NCBI GenBank assembly: GCA_039208735.1
Contig: JBCCQY010000048.1
Location: 1-60,304 of the forward strand
Direction: 5' to 3'
Source: Myxococcota bacterium
Lineage (GTDB): Bacteria; Myxococcota_A; UBA796; GCA-2862545
Length of the DNA: 60,304 nt
Below, one piece after another: positions 9,652 through 19,099 of this stretch. The notes under the pieces were generated by a model. That model was not told where the DNA came from, did no database searches, and worked only from the letters and a program-made list of their open reading frames with translations. Numbering within the stretch: the first letter of the stretch is position 1; each line of letters opens with the position of its first letter. The position numbers and the translations under genes were made by a program.

Positions 9652-10535
9652 TGCTTTGGATGGGGCTCCTTTCGTGCGGCAACGTTCAGCCCATCGACGG
9701 GGACCCTCCCATTCGGAAGGGTGGGCATCCTCCACCCTACGAGCACGCCGGGCCACCGGTGTGGGTGACGCCAGAGCCCATCGACCCGGTTCAAGGCGAC
9801 ATCTGGAGTTCCGCAGCGGGAACCTTGGTCTGGATACCGGACGGGACCTTCACGATGGGGTCGCCCCGGAGCGAGTGGGGCCGATACCCCGACGAGCAGC
9901 TTCACGACGTGACCCTCTCCGGGTTTTGGATGGCCCGGACCGAGGTCACGCAAGGGTTGTGGACCGAGGTGATGGGAGAGAACCCGAGTGGCCAGTTCGC
10001 CGACTGCGGGGATCAGTGTCCGGTGTCTGCGGTGAATTGGTTCATGGCCCTCGAGTTCCTCAATCAGCTTTCGGAGCGTGAAGGGCTTCCGCCGGCCTAC
10101 CAGATGGATGGCGAAACCGTCACTTGGGACCGAACTTCGCCTGGCTACCGTTTGCCCACCGAAGCGGAGTGGGAGTACGCTGCGCACGGCGGAGAAGACT
10201 ACTTGTACGCAGGATCGGACGCCGAACTCGACGTGGGTTGGGTGCGGATCGTGTGGGGCCCTCGCGTGGTCTGTCGCAAGCGAATCAATGGCTTTGGACT
10301 ATGCGACATGTCGGGCAACGTCTGGGAGTGGGTGTGGGACCGCTACGACCGGCAATACCCCACCAATGCCGTCGTCAATCCGACCGGCCCCGAGACGGGC
10401 GACCTCCGCTGCGTTCGTGGTGCGAGCTGGTACACTCGGTTGCGGCGAGCCCGCATCGCGGCACGGTGGGCAATGCTCCCTGACACCCGCAATGATGACC
10501 TTGCGCTCCGAATCGCCAAGAATCGACGACCCTAG
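9651..10535 (+). CDS. Formylglycine-generating-enzyme (SUMF1/FGE-sulfatase) domain lipoprotein
   Basis: TGATG overlap and lipobox LLS-C. Motifs GTFTMGSP, TEVTQ, YRLPTEAEWEYAA, NGFGLCDMSGNVWEW and RGASW. Confidence 0.88.
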   Translation: MLWMGLLSCGNVQPIDGDPPIRKGGHPPPYEHAGPPVWVTPEPIDPVQGDIWSSAAGTLVWIPDGTFTMGSPRSEWGRYPDEQLHDVTLSGFWMARTEVTQGLWTEVMGENPSGQFADCGDQCPVSAVNWFMALEFLNQLSEREGLPPAYQMDGETVTWDRTSPGYRLPTEAEWEYAAHGGEDYLYAGSDAELDVGWVRIVWGPRVVCRKRINGFGLCDMSGNVWEWVWDRYDRQYPTNAVVNPTGPETGDLRCVRGASWYTRLRRARIAARWAMLPDTRNDDLALRIAKNRRP

Positions 10536-10966
10536 GCGAGTTTTGTTGGAACGGCACCCTCGGGACCGGTGATCGCATCGATGACCGAAGCCTCCGCAGG
10601 GCCCAAAGCGCACGTTGTGAAGGTGGGAACGCCGTGGAACTCCGTTCGCCCCGCATCGCGAATGAGGGCGCACGCGATGCCGGCCGCTTCCGCGCGACGG
10701 TGAGCATCGAGGAGGGCGGCCTCGTCCTCGACGGACAGCACGATCTTCGTGAATCGAGAGCGCACCCATTCGCTCATCACGGGAGTGAGGGGGACCACCA
10801 GGGCATCGTCGCTCACCGTTTCACCATCGACGGCCAGCTCCACGCGGTCGCGCGGAAGCTGACGACGAAGGAACACGGCCAGCGATGCGTGAGCGCACTG
10901 GGCGGCGATTTTCCCCTTTCTCATCTTTAGATCGCGCCGGTACAGCAGTACCTGCTTGATGTCCAC
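10532..10966 (-). CDS. pth2: Peptidyl-tRNA hydrolase, Pth2 family
   Basis: KQVLLYRRDLKMRKGKIAAQCAHAS...KIVL...IRDAGRTEFHGVPTFTTCALGP. GTG start at 10966 follows GAGGTG. Confidence 0.9.
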   Translation of the reverse strand: MDIKQVLLYRRDLKMRKGKIAAQCAHASLAVFLRRQLPRDRVELAVDGETVSDDALVVPLTPVMSEWVRSRFTKIVLSVEDEAALLDAHRRAEAAGIACALIRDAGRTEFHGVPTFTTCALGPAEASVIDAITGPEGAVPTKLA

Positions 10967-11068
10967 GAGCACCTCGTGGCTCGCGTAACCCCGACGAATG
11001 CCGTGAGCCGAAGGTCGACAGCCCCAGAGGGTGCCGATACCGGAATGGCAACTTCTAGCGGGAACATC

Positions 11069-11326
11069 ATGGATGTAAAGCGAATCGTCTTGGACGTTCT
11101 GACCCGAGTGGCCAACGACAAGGGAGCCCCGCCAATCGCGTGGACCGATACCCTGCCGCTTGGTGCGGACGGCGCCGGGTTTGATCGGCTCGATGTGGCA
11201 ACCGCAGTGGTCGAACTCGACCAGGAGCTGGCGATCGATCCGTTCGCCGAGGGGGCCATCGACATCCAAACCGTGGGTCAGTTCGTAGCGCTGTACGAGC
11301 AAGCCCTTGCGACGAGTGGTGCCTGA
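11069..11326 (+). CDS. Acyl-carrier-protein-like protein with the Ppant Ser replaced by Arg
   Basis: 85-aa acidic protein with GFDRLDVATAVVELDQEL...TVGQF. It matches the ACP pattern except D-R-L for D-S-L. Confidence 0.75.
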   Translation: MDVKRIVLDVLTRVANDKGAPPIAWTDTLPLGADGAGFDRLDVATAVVELDQELAIDPFAEGAIDIQTVGQFVALYEQALATSGA

Positions 11327-12572
11327 CATGTTGGTGAATGCACTTGACGAGTATGCAGATGCTCCCTTGCTTGTGTTGGGCACCGAAGGAACGGTGACGC
11401 GCGGCGAGGTTCGGGACAGGGCGCTTCGCATCGTGGCCCGTCACGGTGTAGCGTTTTCCGGGCGTTCGCTGGGAATTCGGGGCCGTCCGACCTACGACAA
11501 CGTGGCCTGGCTGGCTGCGAGTCTCCAGCTCGGAGCCCGAGCCGTCGTGTTGCCCGCAGAGGGTGCGGTGGATGCATCCACCCTCGAGCTGGCGGGCATT
11601 GTGGGGGAGGGACTGACGGAGCCCTCCACCCGGGCGGATGTCCCCGACCCGGGGCTCGTGCTGTTCACGTCGGGCACGACGGGAACGCCCAAGGCGGTGC
11701 GCTATGACTGGGCGGACCTGGTGGCCGGGGTGCATCGGGGACCGTCCGTTCAAGGCGCCCGTTGGCTGCTGACCTACCCCATGTCGTCGTTCGCGGGCTT
11801 GCAGGTGCTGTTGCACGCGATTTTGGGCCGCGGTGCGATCTGCGTTCCGGCCCCCGGCGACCCGCATCGACAGCTGCTGGCGGCGGCCGCGGCGGGCGTC
11901 ACCCACGTCTCTGGGACGCCAACGTTCTTCCGGTTGGCGCTTACGATGGGCCGGTTGGGGCCGGGATGGTCCCCCCGCCAAATCACGCTGGGTGGTGAGC
12001 CCGTCGACCAGCGCATCCTCGACATGCTCGCCGCACGATTTCCTCGGGCACGCCTCACCCACATCTACGCGTCGACCGAGCTGGGGCCGTGCTTCAGCGT
12101 GCACGATGGCCGAGCGGGCTTTCCCATGAGCTTTCTCGAGCGGGAGGACCTGCCGGTTTGGCTCACCGTTCGTGACGACGAACTCTTCGTCCGTTCGGGC
12201 GCTGCGTTCGTCGCAACGGGCGATGGAGTTCGAGTCGAGGGTGACCGCGTGTTCTTCACGGGCCGCCGAGGGGCAAGGTTGTCCGTCGACGGTTCCAAGG
12301 TCGATCCGGCGTATGTCGAGCACGTGTTGCTGTCGGTCCCTGGGGTAGCCGCCGTGCGGGTGAGCGGAGAACCCAGCACCTTGGTCGGGCAACTTGTAAA
12401 GGCGGAGGTCGTGCCGGCCCCGGGAACGGAGGCCCACGCGTTGCGCGCGGCGGTGATCGCGCATGGCCGGGCCCATCTCGATCGCACGCAACGGCCCCGG
12501 GTGGTGCGCATTGTCGATCACCTTGAGCAAACGCCGAGTGGCAAGATCGCCCGGCCGTTGGAGCCCGCGTAA
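11319..12572 (+). CDS. AMP-binding (ANL) acyl-CoA/acyl-ACP ligase
   Basis: LFTSGTTGTPK, IYASTE, ATGD, GR and TPSGKI motifs. The start overlaps the ACP stop and is approximate. Confidence 0.85.
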   Translation: MPDMLVNALDEYADAPLLVLGTEGTVTRGEVRDRALRIVARHGVAFSGRSLGIRGRPTYDNVAWLAASLQLGARAVVLPAEGAVDASTLELAGIVGEGLTEPSTRADVPDPGLVLFTSGTTGTPKAVRYDWADLVAGVHRGPSVQGARWLLTYPMSSFAGLQVLLHAILGRGAICVPAPGDPHRQLLAAAAAGVTHVSGTPTFFRLALTMGRLGPGWSPRQITLGGEPVDQRILDMLAARFPRARLTHIYASTELGPCFSVHDGRAGFPMSFLEREDLPVWLTVRDDELFVRSGAAFVATGDGVRVEGDRVFFTGRRGARLSVDGSKVDPAYVEHVLLSVPGVAAVRVSGEPSTLVGQLVKAEVVPAPGTEAHALRAAVIAHGRAHLDRTQRPRVVRIVDHLEQTPSGKIARPLEPA

Positions 12573-12580
12573 GCCGTAGG

Positions 12581-13681
12581 TCAGTCGACTCGAATCACGT
12601 TGGTAAGGGCGATGCCCGCGGTGAACGTTCCGATCAACGGATTATCGGGCCAGACTCGTGCATAGATCGCGGCGCCCGCTGACCCCTCGAGGCTTACGGT
12701 GACTTCGCCATCGATGGCTACTTCGGCGAGCACGTCACCACCCGCTTGCTTGAGTTGAAGAAGCCGGTTGGGGACGTCCGAGGTGGCGGTAGCCTCGAAT
12801 GTGGCGGGTCCCGTGAGTCGTTCGCCAGGCCCCGCGCTTCGTTCGCCACGTTGAGCGGTCAGCGTGAGTGTGGTCCCTGGTTCAGCAATCACCACCCGTC
12901 CCGCGGCAATGGCTTGGACGGGGCGTTCACCTTCCACAATGAAGATCTTCATTGCTGGCCAGCCAAGAGGCGGATCTTCAAGACTGCCCGGCGGGTTTGT
13001 GCTCCACCGATGGCAATCGCTCGCGCCGATCGGCACGATGTTGCGGCCTTGGGCCACTCTGCGTTCCCACTCCCCGAGCGATTCTTCATCAAAGGGATCG
13101 AAGCGGAGCGTGCCATTGTAAACCTCGATCGCGTCAAAGTCCTCGCTCGTCCAATCATATTCGATCCAGGGCGCGATCGCATGGGGATGGTTGAGGATGG
13201 CGAACCCGCCCGCGGCCTTGCACTGGGCCAGCGCGTCACCACCCGTCACCGTGCCCGGCGGACGATCGATAAATCGTTCAGTTTGAAAGGTCCCTTCGAT
13301 TGGAAGGCAGCCGATGTGACCCGTGGGCACCGTGGGCGTGTCGAGCGCGAAGACGGGGCTAATCTCGTTGGCGAGAAACACTCCCTTGGGCCAGTCGGCA
13401 AAGGCGAGTTCAGGCCCTTGATTCGGGCAGTCTTCAACGTCGCCGGTGGCGCAATTCATCGAACCGGTACTGTTGCTGTGGTCGGTGAGGAACACAAAAT
13501 CGAGGCCTGCCTTCGTCATCGCCTCGGCAAGGACTTCGGGCGTGCCCAAGCCGTCCGTGTCGTTGCTTCCAACGCTCGAATGGACGTGGACATCGCCCGT
13601 TTGCCATATCCCAACGAGGTTCTCGACAGGGGGTGGAGTGGGTTCCGAGCTGCAGGCGAACAGTGCCAAGGCAACGATCAC
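12581..13681 (-). CDS. PHP-fold metallohydrolase lipoprotein (CehA/McbA-like)
   Basis: Lipobox LFA-C. Motifs GDVHVHS, LTDH, GH, LNHP, IEVYN and GASDCH. Confidence 0.82.
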   Translation of the reverse strand: MIVALALFACSSEPTPPPVENLVGIWQTGDVHVHSSVGSNDTDGLGTPEVLAEAMTKAGLDFVFLTDHSNSTGSMNCATGDVEDCPNQGPELAFADWPKGVFLANEISPVFALDTPTVPTGHIGCLPIEGTFQTERFIDRPPGTVTGGDALAQCKAAGGFAILNHPHAIAPWIEYDWTSEDFDAIEVYNGTLRFDPFDEESLGEWERRVAQGRNIVPIGASDCHRWSTNPPGSLEDPPLGWPAMKIFIVEGERPVQAIAAGRVVIAEPGTTLTLTAQRGERSAGPGERLTGPATFEATATSDVPNRLLQLKQAGGDVLAEVAIDGEVTVSLEGSAGAAIYARVWPDNPLIGTFTAGIALTNVIRVD

Positions 13682-13771
13682 GAGGCCCCCTGGAGGTCAA
13701 TGCCGCCTGACGATAGCCGATCCGTCGCGTAGGAGGGACTGACTCGATACTCCTCGCCCGGAGGCGGCGGC

Positions 13772-16228
13772 ATGACCGGCTGGAACGGCATCACGGCGGG
13801 GGCTCCGCTGCGCGCCTACCAAGCGCGGGCCGTGGAACGGCTTGTCGAGCAGCTGGCCGAGGCAGGATCACGGGCCTGCTTGGTGGCCCCTCCAGGGTCT
13901 GGCAAGACGCGCACTGCGCTGCATGTGGCCGCAACGTTGCAGCGGCCCGTCAACGTCCGGGTCCCCACGTTGGCCCTCGTCCAGCAGTGGAACGACCAGA
14001 TCGCCACGACGCTAGTGGATCTCGATGATTCGGGGGGGCCGGCCCCGATCGAGGTCACCACGTACGCCGCGGATGCCCCATTGGCCGAACGAGGACTCCT
14101 CGTGCTCGATGAGGCCCATCACGTTGGTGGAACCTGGGGCTCGTGGCTCCTGGATCGGTTGACGCCAGCGCATCGTGTCCTGGGCCTGACCGCCACACCT
14201 CCCATGAACGGTCCCAAACTGCGGGGCTTCGAGCGTCTCGTGGGGACGGCTCCGATCGAGATTGAAACCCCGCCGTTAGTGCGCGAAGGAGCGCTTTCAC
14301 CCTACCAAGATCTTGTATGGCCCGTGTTGTGTGATCCGGAGGAGGCGGGCGAGGCCCAAGAAGCGTGGCGGACCCTGGATGAAACCCGTCGGATGCTTGG
14401 GGCACGCCTCGATGCATTCGTGTCGGTCCAGCTCCGTGAAGACTTCCTCACCCTGACCGAAGCGCGGTTTCGCCATGAAGATGGGCTGCTCGTCGCGCTG
14501 TGTCGGATTCGTCATGCGTCTGGCGAGCCCCTGCCTAACGATCTGCCGATCGATCCCGAGCTGGTCGCGGAGCCCACGCTGGCCGATTGGGCCACGGTAT
14601 TGTGGGCCTCGGGCGATGAAAGGGCACGAAAAACGGTCCGCGACCTAGGATTTCGCGCCGCCTCAGGGGAGGGGGTACGTCTGATCTTGGATCGCGATCG
14701 CACCTTTGCTGGACTTGCCGCGTCAAGAGCCCGGGTGCGAGGGTGCATCGAGGTGCTCGACCTCGAGCATCGCCACCGCGGCGACCAAGTCCGTGCCCTC
14801 ATTCTCACGGAACGCGACGTGGCTTCGGACGACGACCGGGCTTCCGCACGGTCCATCCTGCGGGAACTCGTTGCAGACCCTCGAAGCGACGCGCTCGACC
14901 CTGTGTTGGTGACGGGCAAGGCGCTGTGGGTGGACGACGACCTGCTGCCGAAGATCCGTCCACGGTTTCCCGATGTGGCCCATCGCCGCGTGGGCGGGCA
15001 CCACGAACTCGATGTGTCGGGCTGGTCCACCGCCGATCGCGTGGCGCAGGTCACCGAGCTGTTTCGTGGCGGATGGACCCGTTGCGTGGTGGGCACGCGC
15101 CACCTGTTGGGGGAAGGGTGGGACTGCCCAGCCGTCAACGTGGTCATTGATCTGACGGGCATTCGGGCCTTTGTGACCGTCCATCAGGTGCGGGGACGTG
15201 GGCTGCGTCTCGATCCTGCCGATCCATCGAAAGTGACGTCGCTGTGGGACGTCCCGGTGTTGGTGCCTGGGTTGCCCGGGGGCGACCGTATGATCGAGCG
15301 CCTTCGCGAACGCCACGGTCACACCTTTGGCGTCGATGACGAAGGGCGGGTCAGGCGAGGGTTGGCGCGGATCGATCCAGCGCTCAACGGTTCGGCGGGG
15401 GAGCTGGCGGCAGCGCTGCCCGAGGTGCAAACGCGCATGCGGGCTCGCCTGGACGACAGCGCTGGTGTGGTGGAACGCTGGGCGGTCGGTTCGGACTATC
15501 GAGATGCACTGGTGTTCGTGGTTGAGCCCTCGCCGCATCCGGAGCCCGGGCCAGAAGACCCCGAGGAGGGGCCACTGGCCGACACGGTGCTCCGGTCGCC
15601 GCTCGTGCCCGCGGTGGTCCACGAACGTCCTCCGGAGTTTCCGACCGCACAGGTCGCGAGTGCGGGGGCTGCCGCGGCCATCGGCGGGGCGGTCATGGGA
15701 GAGGGCCTTCTTGCCGGCATGCTGGGGCTTTCGGTGGCCGTCAGCATGGGTGCGGTGTTCTTCTTGCCTTGGTGGCGAGCCAAGCAAGCGTGGGACACCC
15801 GCATCGAGCGCTGGGAAGCAGAACGTGCGCCGCCGGTGCTCGGCCGGGCAAGGTCCGTGTTCGATGCCTTGGTGGCGCGGGGGGCGGTCAAGGGAACGCT
15901 CCGCGAAGACGGCCATCGGGTCTGGCTCGAGGGGCCGATCGAAGACAGTCAGCGATTTGCGCGGGCGGTCCGCGAGCTGGAGGGACCCGTCACGTACCCT
16001 CGCTACCTCTTGCTGGCTCGCGACCAAGGGCGCACCACGGTGTGGCCCGTGCCCACAGTGCTAGGGGCCGACAAGGGGAAGGCCCGCGCGCTCGCTGAGG
16101 CCTGGGTGGTGCACTGTTCCCCCTGTGAGGTGGTGTACGCCCGTCAGGGGCGGGGCCGAGGACTGCTCGAGGCGGCGTGGCGGCAGGCCCCCCGAACCGC
16201 GCCGGCCGTCGAAGCCGTCTGGGCGTAA
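13772..16228 (+). CDS. SF2 DEAH-box helicase (ResIII-like) with a C-terminal transmembrane segment
   Basis: LRAYQ, APPGSGKT, LDEAHH, GLTATP, LGEGWDCP and QVRGRGLR. Hydrophobic stretch AAAIGGAVMGEGLLAGMLGLSVAVSMGAVFFLPWW. Confidence 0.85.
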   Translation: MTGWNGITAGAPLRAYQARAVERLVEQLAEAGSRACLVAPPGSGKTRTALHVAATLQRPVNVRVPTLALVQQWNDQIATTLVDLDDSGGPAPIEVTTYAADAPLAERGLLVLDEAHHVGGTWGSWLLDRLTPAHRVLGLTATPPMNGPKLRGFERLVGTAPIEIETPPLVREGALSPYQDLVWPVLCDPEEAGEAQEAWRTLDETRRMLGARLDAFVSVQLREDFLTLTEARFRHEDGLLVALCRIRHASGEPLPNDLPIDPELVAEPTLADWATVLWASGDERARKTVRDLGFRAASGEGVRLILDRDRTFAGLAASRARVRGCIEVLDLEHRHRGDQVRALILTERDVASDDDRASARSILRELVADPRSDALDPVLVTGKALWVDDDLLPKIRPRFPDVAHRRVGGHHELDVSGWSTADRVAQVTELFRGGWTRCVVGTRHLLGEGWDCPAVNVVIDLTGIRAFVTVHQVRGRGLRLDPADPSKVTSLWDVPVLVPGLPGGDRMIERLRERHGHTFGVDDEGRVRRGLARIDPALNGSAGELAAALPEVQTRMRARLDDSAGVVERWAVGSDYRDALVFVVEPSPHPEPGPEDPEEGPLADTVLRSPLVPAVVHERPPEFPTAQVASAGAAAAIGGAVMGEGLLAGMLGLSVAVSMGAVFFLPWWRAKQAWDTRIERWEAERAPPVLGRARSVFDALVARGAVKGTLREDGHRVWLEGPIEDSQRFARAVRELEGPVTYPRYLLLARDQGRTTVWPVPTVLGADKGKARALAEAWVVHCSPCEVVYARQGRGRGLLEAAWRQAPRTAPAVEAVWA

Positions 16229-16284
16229 TCAACGGGGCATGGTTTGGTCCGGGTACGCGATTAAGGGGCCCTGCGGAGGCATCG

Positions 16285-18228
16285 ATGGGGTTTTGGATTT
16301 GGATGTGGTCGACGGTTCACGCGGCCACGCTCGCGATCCTGCCGTTCGACAACCACACGGGCAACGCGGATCACGACGCGCTCGGGACCGGGGTGTCGGT
16401 CATGCTGATGAGCGACCTTGGCGCTGTCGAATCGTTGCAGTTGGTCGAGCGGTCTCGTCTGAAGGATGTCATTGACGAGCTGAAGTTTGGTCAGTCGGAG
16501 TTCGCCGATCCAAAGACCGCGGCCAAGGCCGGTAAAGTCGTTGGAGCGGACTGGATTCTCACCGGGGCGCTCGTCGCAGTTGAGCCGGAACTTCGCATTG
16601 ATGCCCGCATCATCGAGGTGAAATCCGGCAACATTCTCGGCACGGGGACGGCCAAGGGGCCGATCGATGCGTTCTTTGATGTGGAGAAGGACCTTGCGCT
16701 GACCGTGACCGATAAACTCGGTTTGGCACTTTCGGCCCGAGAAGCCGCCAAGGTGGGTCGGGTGGCCACCGAGTCGTTCGATGCATTCCGAGCTTGGTCT
16801 CAAGGCCTCGATGCGATCGATCGAGGAGCCGTCGATGAAGCCCGGCAACGCTTTACGGCGGCGCTTCGCTACGACAGCGGATTTTCCGCGGCAAACTCCG
16901 CGCTTGACGGCATCAAGGCCTCGCGAGCACGGGCGGAAGGGGCTCGAGAAGAAGCATTCGGGGCCGAGATCGCTCGACTCGAAGCGATGGCGGAGTCGTT
17001 TCGGAAAGGCCGTGGCGATGTGGCCGCGCTGCGGGCGATGATTCAGAGGATTCAAACCCCATTGGCTACGGCTCCCCCTCCGACTCAGCGACGGATTGCC
17101 GGAGCACTCATCGATCTGAAGCTCGACGAAAGTGTCCGGGTCTACGAACAGAGCCCCATGACGATCAACGAGTTTGCGACTTACTTCATGTTCAATGCGG
17201 CGATGAGGCTTCGCGACCGAGACGGCCTGCTGTCGTGGGGCCAGACCTACCTCGATCGCTATCCGAACGGTCTGTACTACCTGGCCGTGCGAAGCCAGCT
17301 CGACTTGCTCGTCCAAGCCATCGAGAAGGCCGAGAAAGCTCGCCAGGCGGGGGCCATCGAAAAGATCGAGGCCAAGAAGCTCGTCGAGATGTACGACGAG
17401 CGTTGCGAAAACCGCATTGTCCCCAAGGCGCGGGCGCGCGACTGTCGTGCGTTCCTGGTGGCGCTCGAAAACGTCCCTGAACCGCAAACGTGGTGGTTTC
17501 GCGACGTCATTAAGGGGGCCCAAGACGCGGGCGACGTGGCGCTGGCCGACGATGCATTGGCTGCGATGCGGCGGTACGTCACAAGCCCAGCGGACATCCG
17601 GAGTGCCGAGGAGTCGGTGGCGGATTTTAAGGAGTACCTGGCGAAACTCGATTCGTCCGAAGCCGAATTTCGAGCTGCGCTGGCCAAGGGGTCGCGCTCG
17701 CTGACCCGGTACTTCAATCCCCACCTGCGCTCAGGGGCCTACGAGCGGGCCCTGACCTTGGTAGACAAGATTCCGGATGCCGAAGATCGGCAGGAACTGA
17801 CCTGGAAGTTGCTCGTTCGACTGGGCCGGATCGATGCGTTGAACAACATCCATCAGGCCGTCATGCAGGAGGCGGAGCCCTTCATGTCGGAGGGGCGCCG
17901 CAAGTCGGACCTTCGTGAGTTGCGGAGTGACGAGCAGGATGCCGCGCAAGCGGAGGTCGAAATGTTGTGTGACGTGGCCTCGGAGCTACAGCGCGAGGGA
18001 CTCCAGCGAGAGGCCGCGGAGCGTTACGACGTGGTGGTCGCCAAGCACTTGAACGACGGCTACACCACGCCTGCATCGCTGTTGTTGCGCGCCGCCAGCG
18101 CCTGGAACTCCACCTATGGGCCCGGCGCGCCTGAACAGGCTCGTGTCTACTACGAACGGGTCGTCCGAGAGTACCCGGACAGCATCGAAGCCAACTCGGC
18201 TAAAATCATGCTGCCCCACTTGCCCTGA
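16285..18228 (+). CDS. Secreted CsgG/FlgO/TolB-N-like domain protein with helical TPR-like repeats
   Basis: GGAGG then ATG at 16285. TLAILPFDN...LQLVERSRL...GKVVGADWILTG, followed by TPR-like YLDRYPNG and VREYPDS. Confidence 0.75.
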   Translation: MGFWIWMWSTVHAATLAILPFDNHTGNADHDALGTGVSVMLMSDLGAVESLQLVERSRLKDVIDELKFGQSEFADPKTAAKAGKVVGADWILTGALVAVEPELRIDARIIEVKSGNILGTGTAKGPIDAFFDVEKDLALTVTDKLGLALSAREAAKVGRVATESFDAFRAWSQGLDAIDRGAVDEARQRFTAALRYDSGFSAANSALDGIKASRARAEGAREEAFGAEIARLEAMAESFRKGRGDVAALRAMIQRIQTPLATAPPPTQRRIAGALIDLKLDESVRVYEQSPMTINEFATYFMFNAAMRLRDRDGLLSWGQTYLDRYPNGLYYLAVRSQLDLLVQAIEKAEKARQAGAIEKIEAKKLVEMYDERCENRIVPKARARDCRAFLVALENVPEPQTWWFRDVIKGAQDAGDVALADDALAAMRRYVTSPADIRSAEESVADFKEYLAKLDSSEAEFRAALAKGSRSLTRYFNPHLRSGAYERALTLVDKIPDAEDRQELTWKLLVRLGRIDALNNIHQAVMQEAEPFMSEGRRKSDLRELRSDEQDAAQAEVEMLCDVASELQREGLQREAAERYDVVVAKHLNDGYTTPASLLLRAASAWNSTYGPGAPEQARVYYERVVREYPDSIEANSAKIMLPHLP

Positions 18229-18235
18229 AGGTTTC

Positions 18236-19099
18236 ATGCTGATTCGTCAGGCCTTGCCATTGCGCCGGCGGCCGGTCGACACCGAGGTTGCTCGCTGGCT
18301 CGAAGAGCAGGTGCGCTGGCTTTCGGTCCCGCGGCACGGCGTGGCCGAATCATCCGCGAATCGTCGGATCGCCGACGATATCGCTCTTGCCTTCCAATCC
18401 TATGGCTACCGCACCACCCACCAAGGCCGCTTTCGCAACGTACTGGCGCTTCCGGAGGGGCCAGGGCCCTTCACCTTGGTGTGTGCGCACTACGACACCG
18501 TACCCGGAACCCCGGGAGCCGACGACAACGCCAGCGCCGTCGCGGTGATGCTTGGATTGGCTCGCCAACGGCCCGCTCAGACCGCGTTCGTGGCGTTTAA
18601 CCGCGAAGAAGACGGAATGTTGGGCTCGACCGATTTCGTCGAATGGCTGGCAGAGCCCGGCGGGCCTTCCTTTTCGGCGATCCATGTGCTCGAGATGGTG
18701 GGCTACACCGACCCGCGGCCCGGTAGTCAGCGCGTGCCTTATCCCATTCCCAGAATGCTGGTGCCACGCGATACCGGTGATTTCATCGCTATTGTGGGCA
18801 TTGGAGCCGGATGGTCCCTCGCCGGGGATGTGCGCCGAGCGGCAAAGGGATCGATGGGCGTACCTCCGGTGCTCACCCTCCAAGCACCGCTTGGGCTGCT
18901 GGGATGGGCGCCCGACCTCGGTCGCAGCGACCACTTTCCCTTCATTCAGGCCCGTCTTCCGGCCGTGATGTGGACGGATACGGCCGAGTTTCGTACGCCG
19001 CACTACCACCGGCCCACCGATACGCCACAGACCCTCGACGTGACGTTTATGGCCGAGGTGCTCGAGCTGTTGCGTCAAACGGTGGATCCGACGTCGTAG
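18236..19099 (+). CDS. M28 family metallopeptidase
   Basis: AHYDT, PGADDNASAVA, NREE, LEMVGY, RSDHFPF and HYHRPTD. Confidence 0.9.
   Translation: MLIRQALPLRRRPVDTEVARWLEEQVRWLSVPRHGVAESSANRRIADDIALAFQSYGYRTTHQGRFRNVLALPEGPGPFTLVCAHYDTVPGTPGADDNASAVAVMLGLARQRPAQTAFVAFNREEDGMLGSTDFVEWLAEPGGPSFSAIHVLEMVGYTDPRPGSQRVPYPIPRMLVPRDTGDFIAIVGIGAGWSLAGDVRRAAKGSMGVPPVLTLQAPLGLLGWAPDLGRSDHFPFIQARLPAVMWTDTAEFRTPHYHRPTDTPQTLDVTFMAEVLELLRQTVDPTS

Noticed and set aside
9643..9660. Selenocysteine readthrough at Cys-Cys-TGA-Cys at the end of the methyltransferase
   Set aside because: The TGA overlaps the ATG of the next gene. I saw no evident SECIS, and the readthrough sequence is not protein-like.
7250..10535. 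RiPP cluster (rSAM + methyltransferase + protease)
   Set aside because: No precursor peptide, RRE or SPASM motif was found, and the rSAM is Tes-like.
11046..11060. Sigma-54-like TGGCAACTTCTAGC upstream of the ACP
   Set aside because: The GG-to-GC spacing is 9 rather than 10, and there is no TTGC.
10967..11431. Long N-terminal extension of Pth2
   Set aside because: It overlaps the ACP and ligase on the opposite strand. A good RBS and GTG at 10966 give a normal-sized Pth2.
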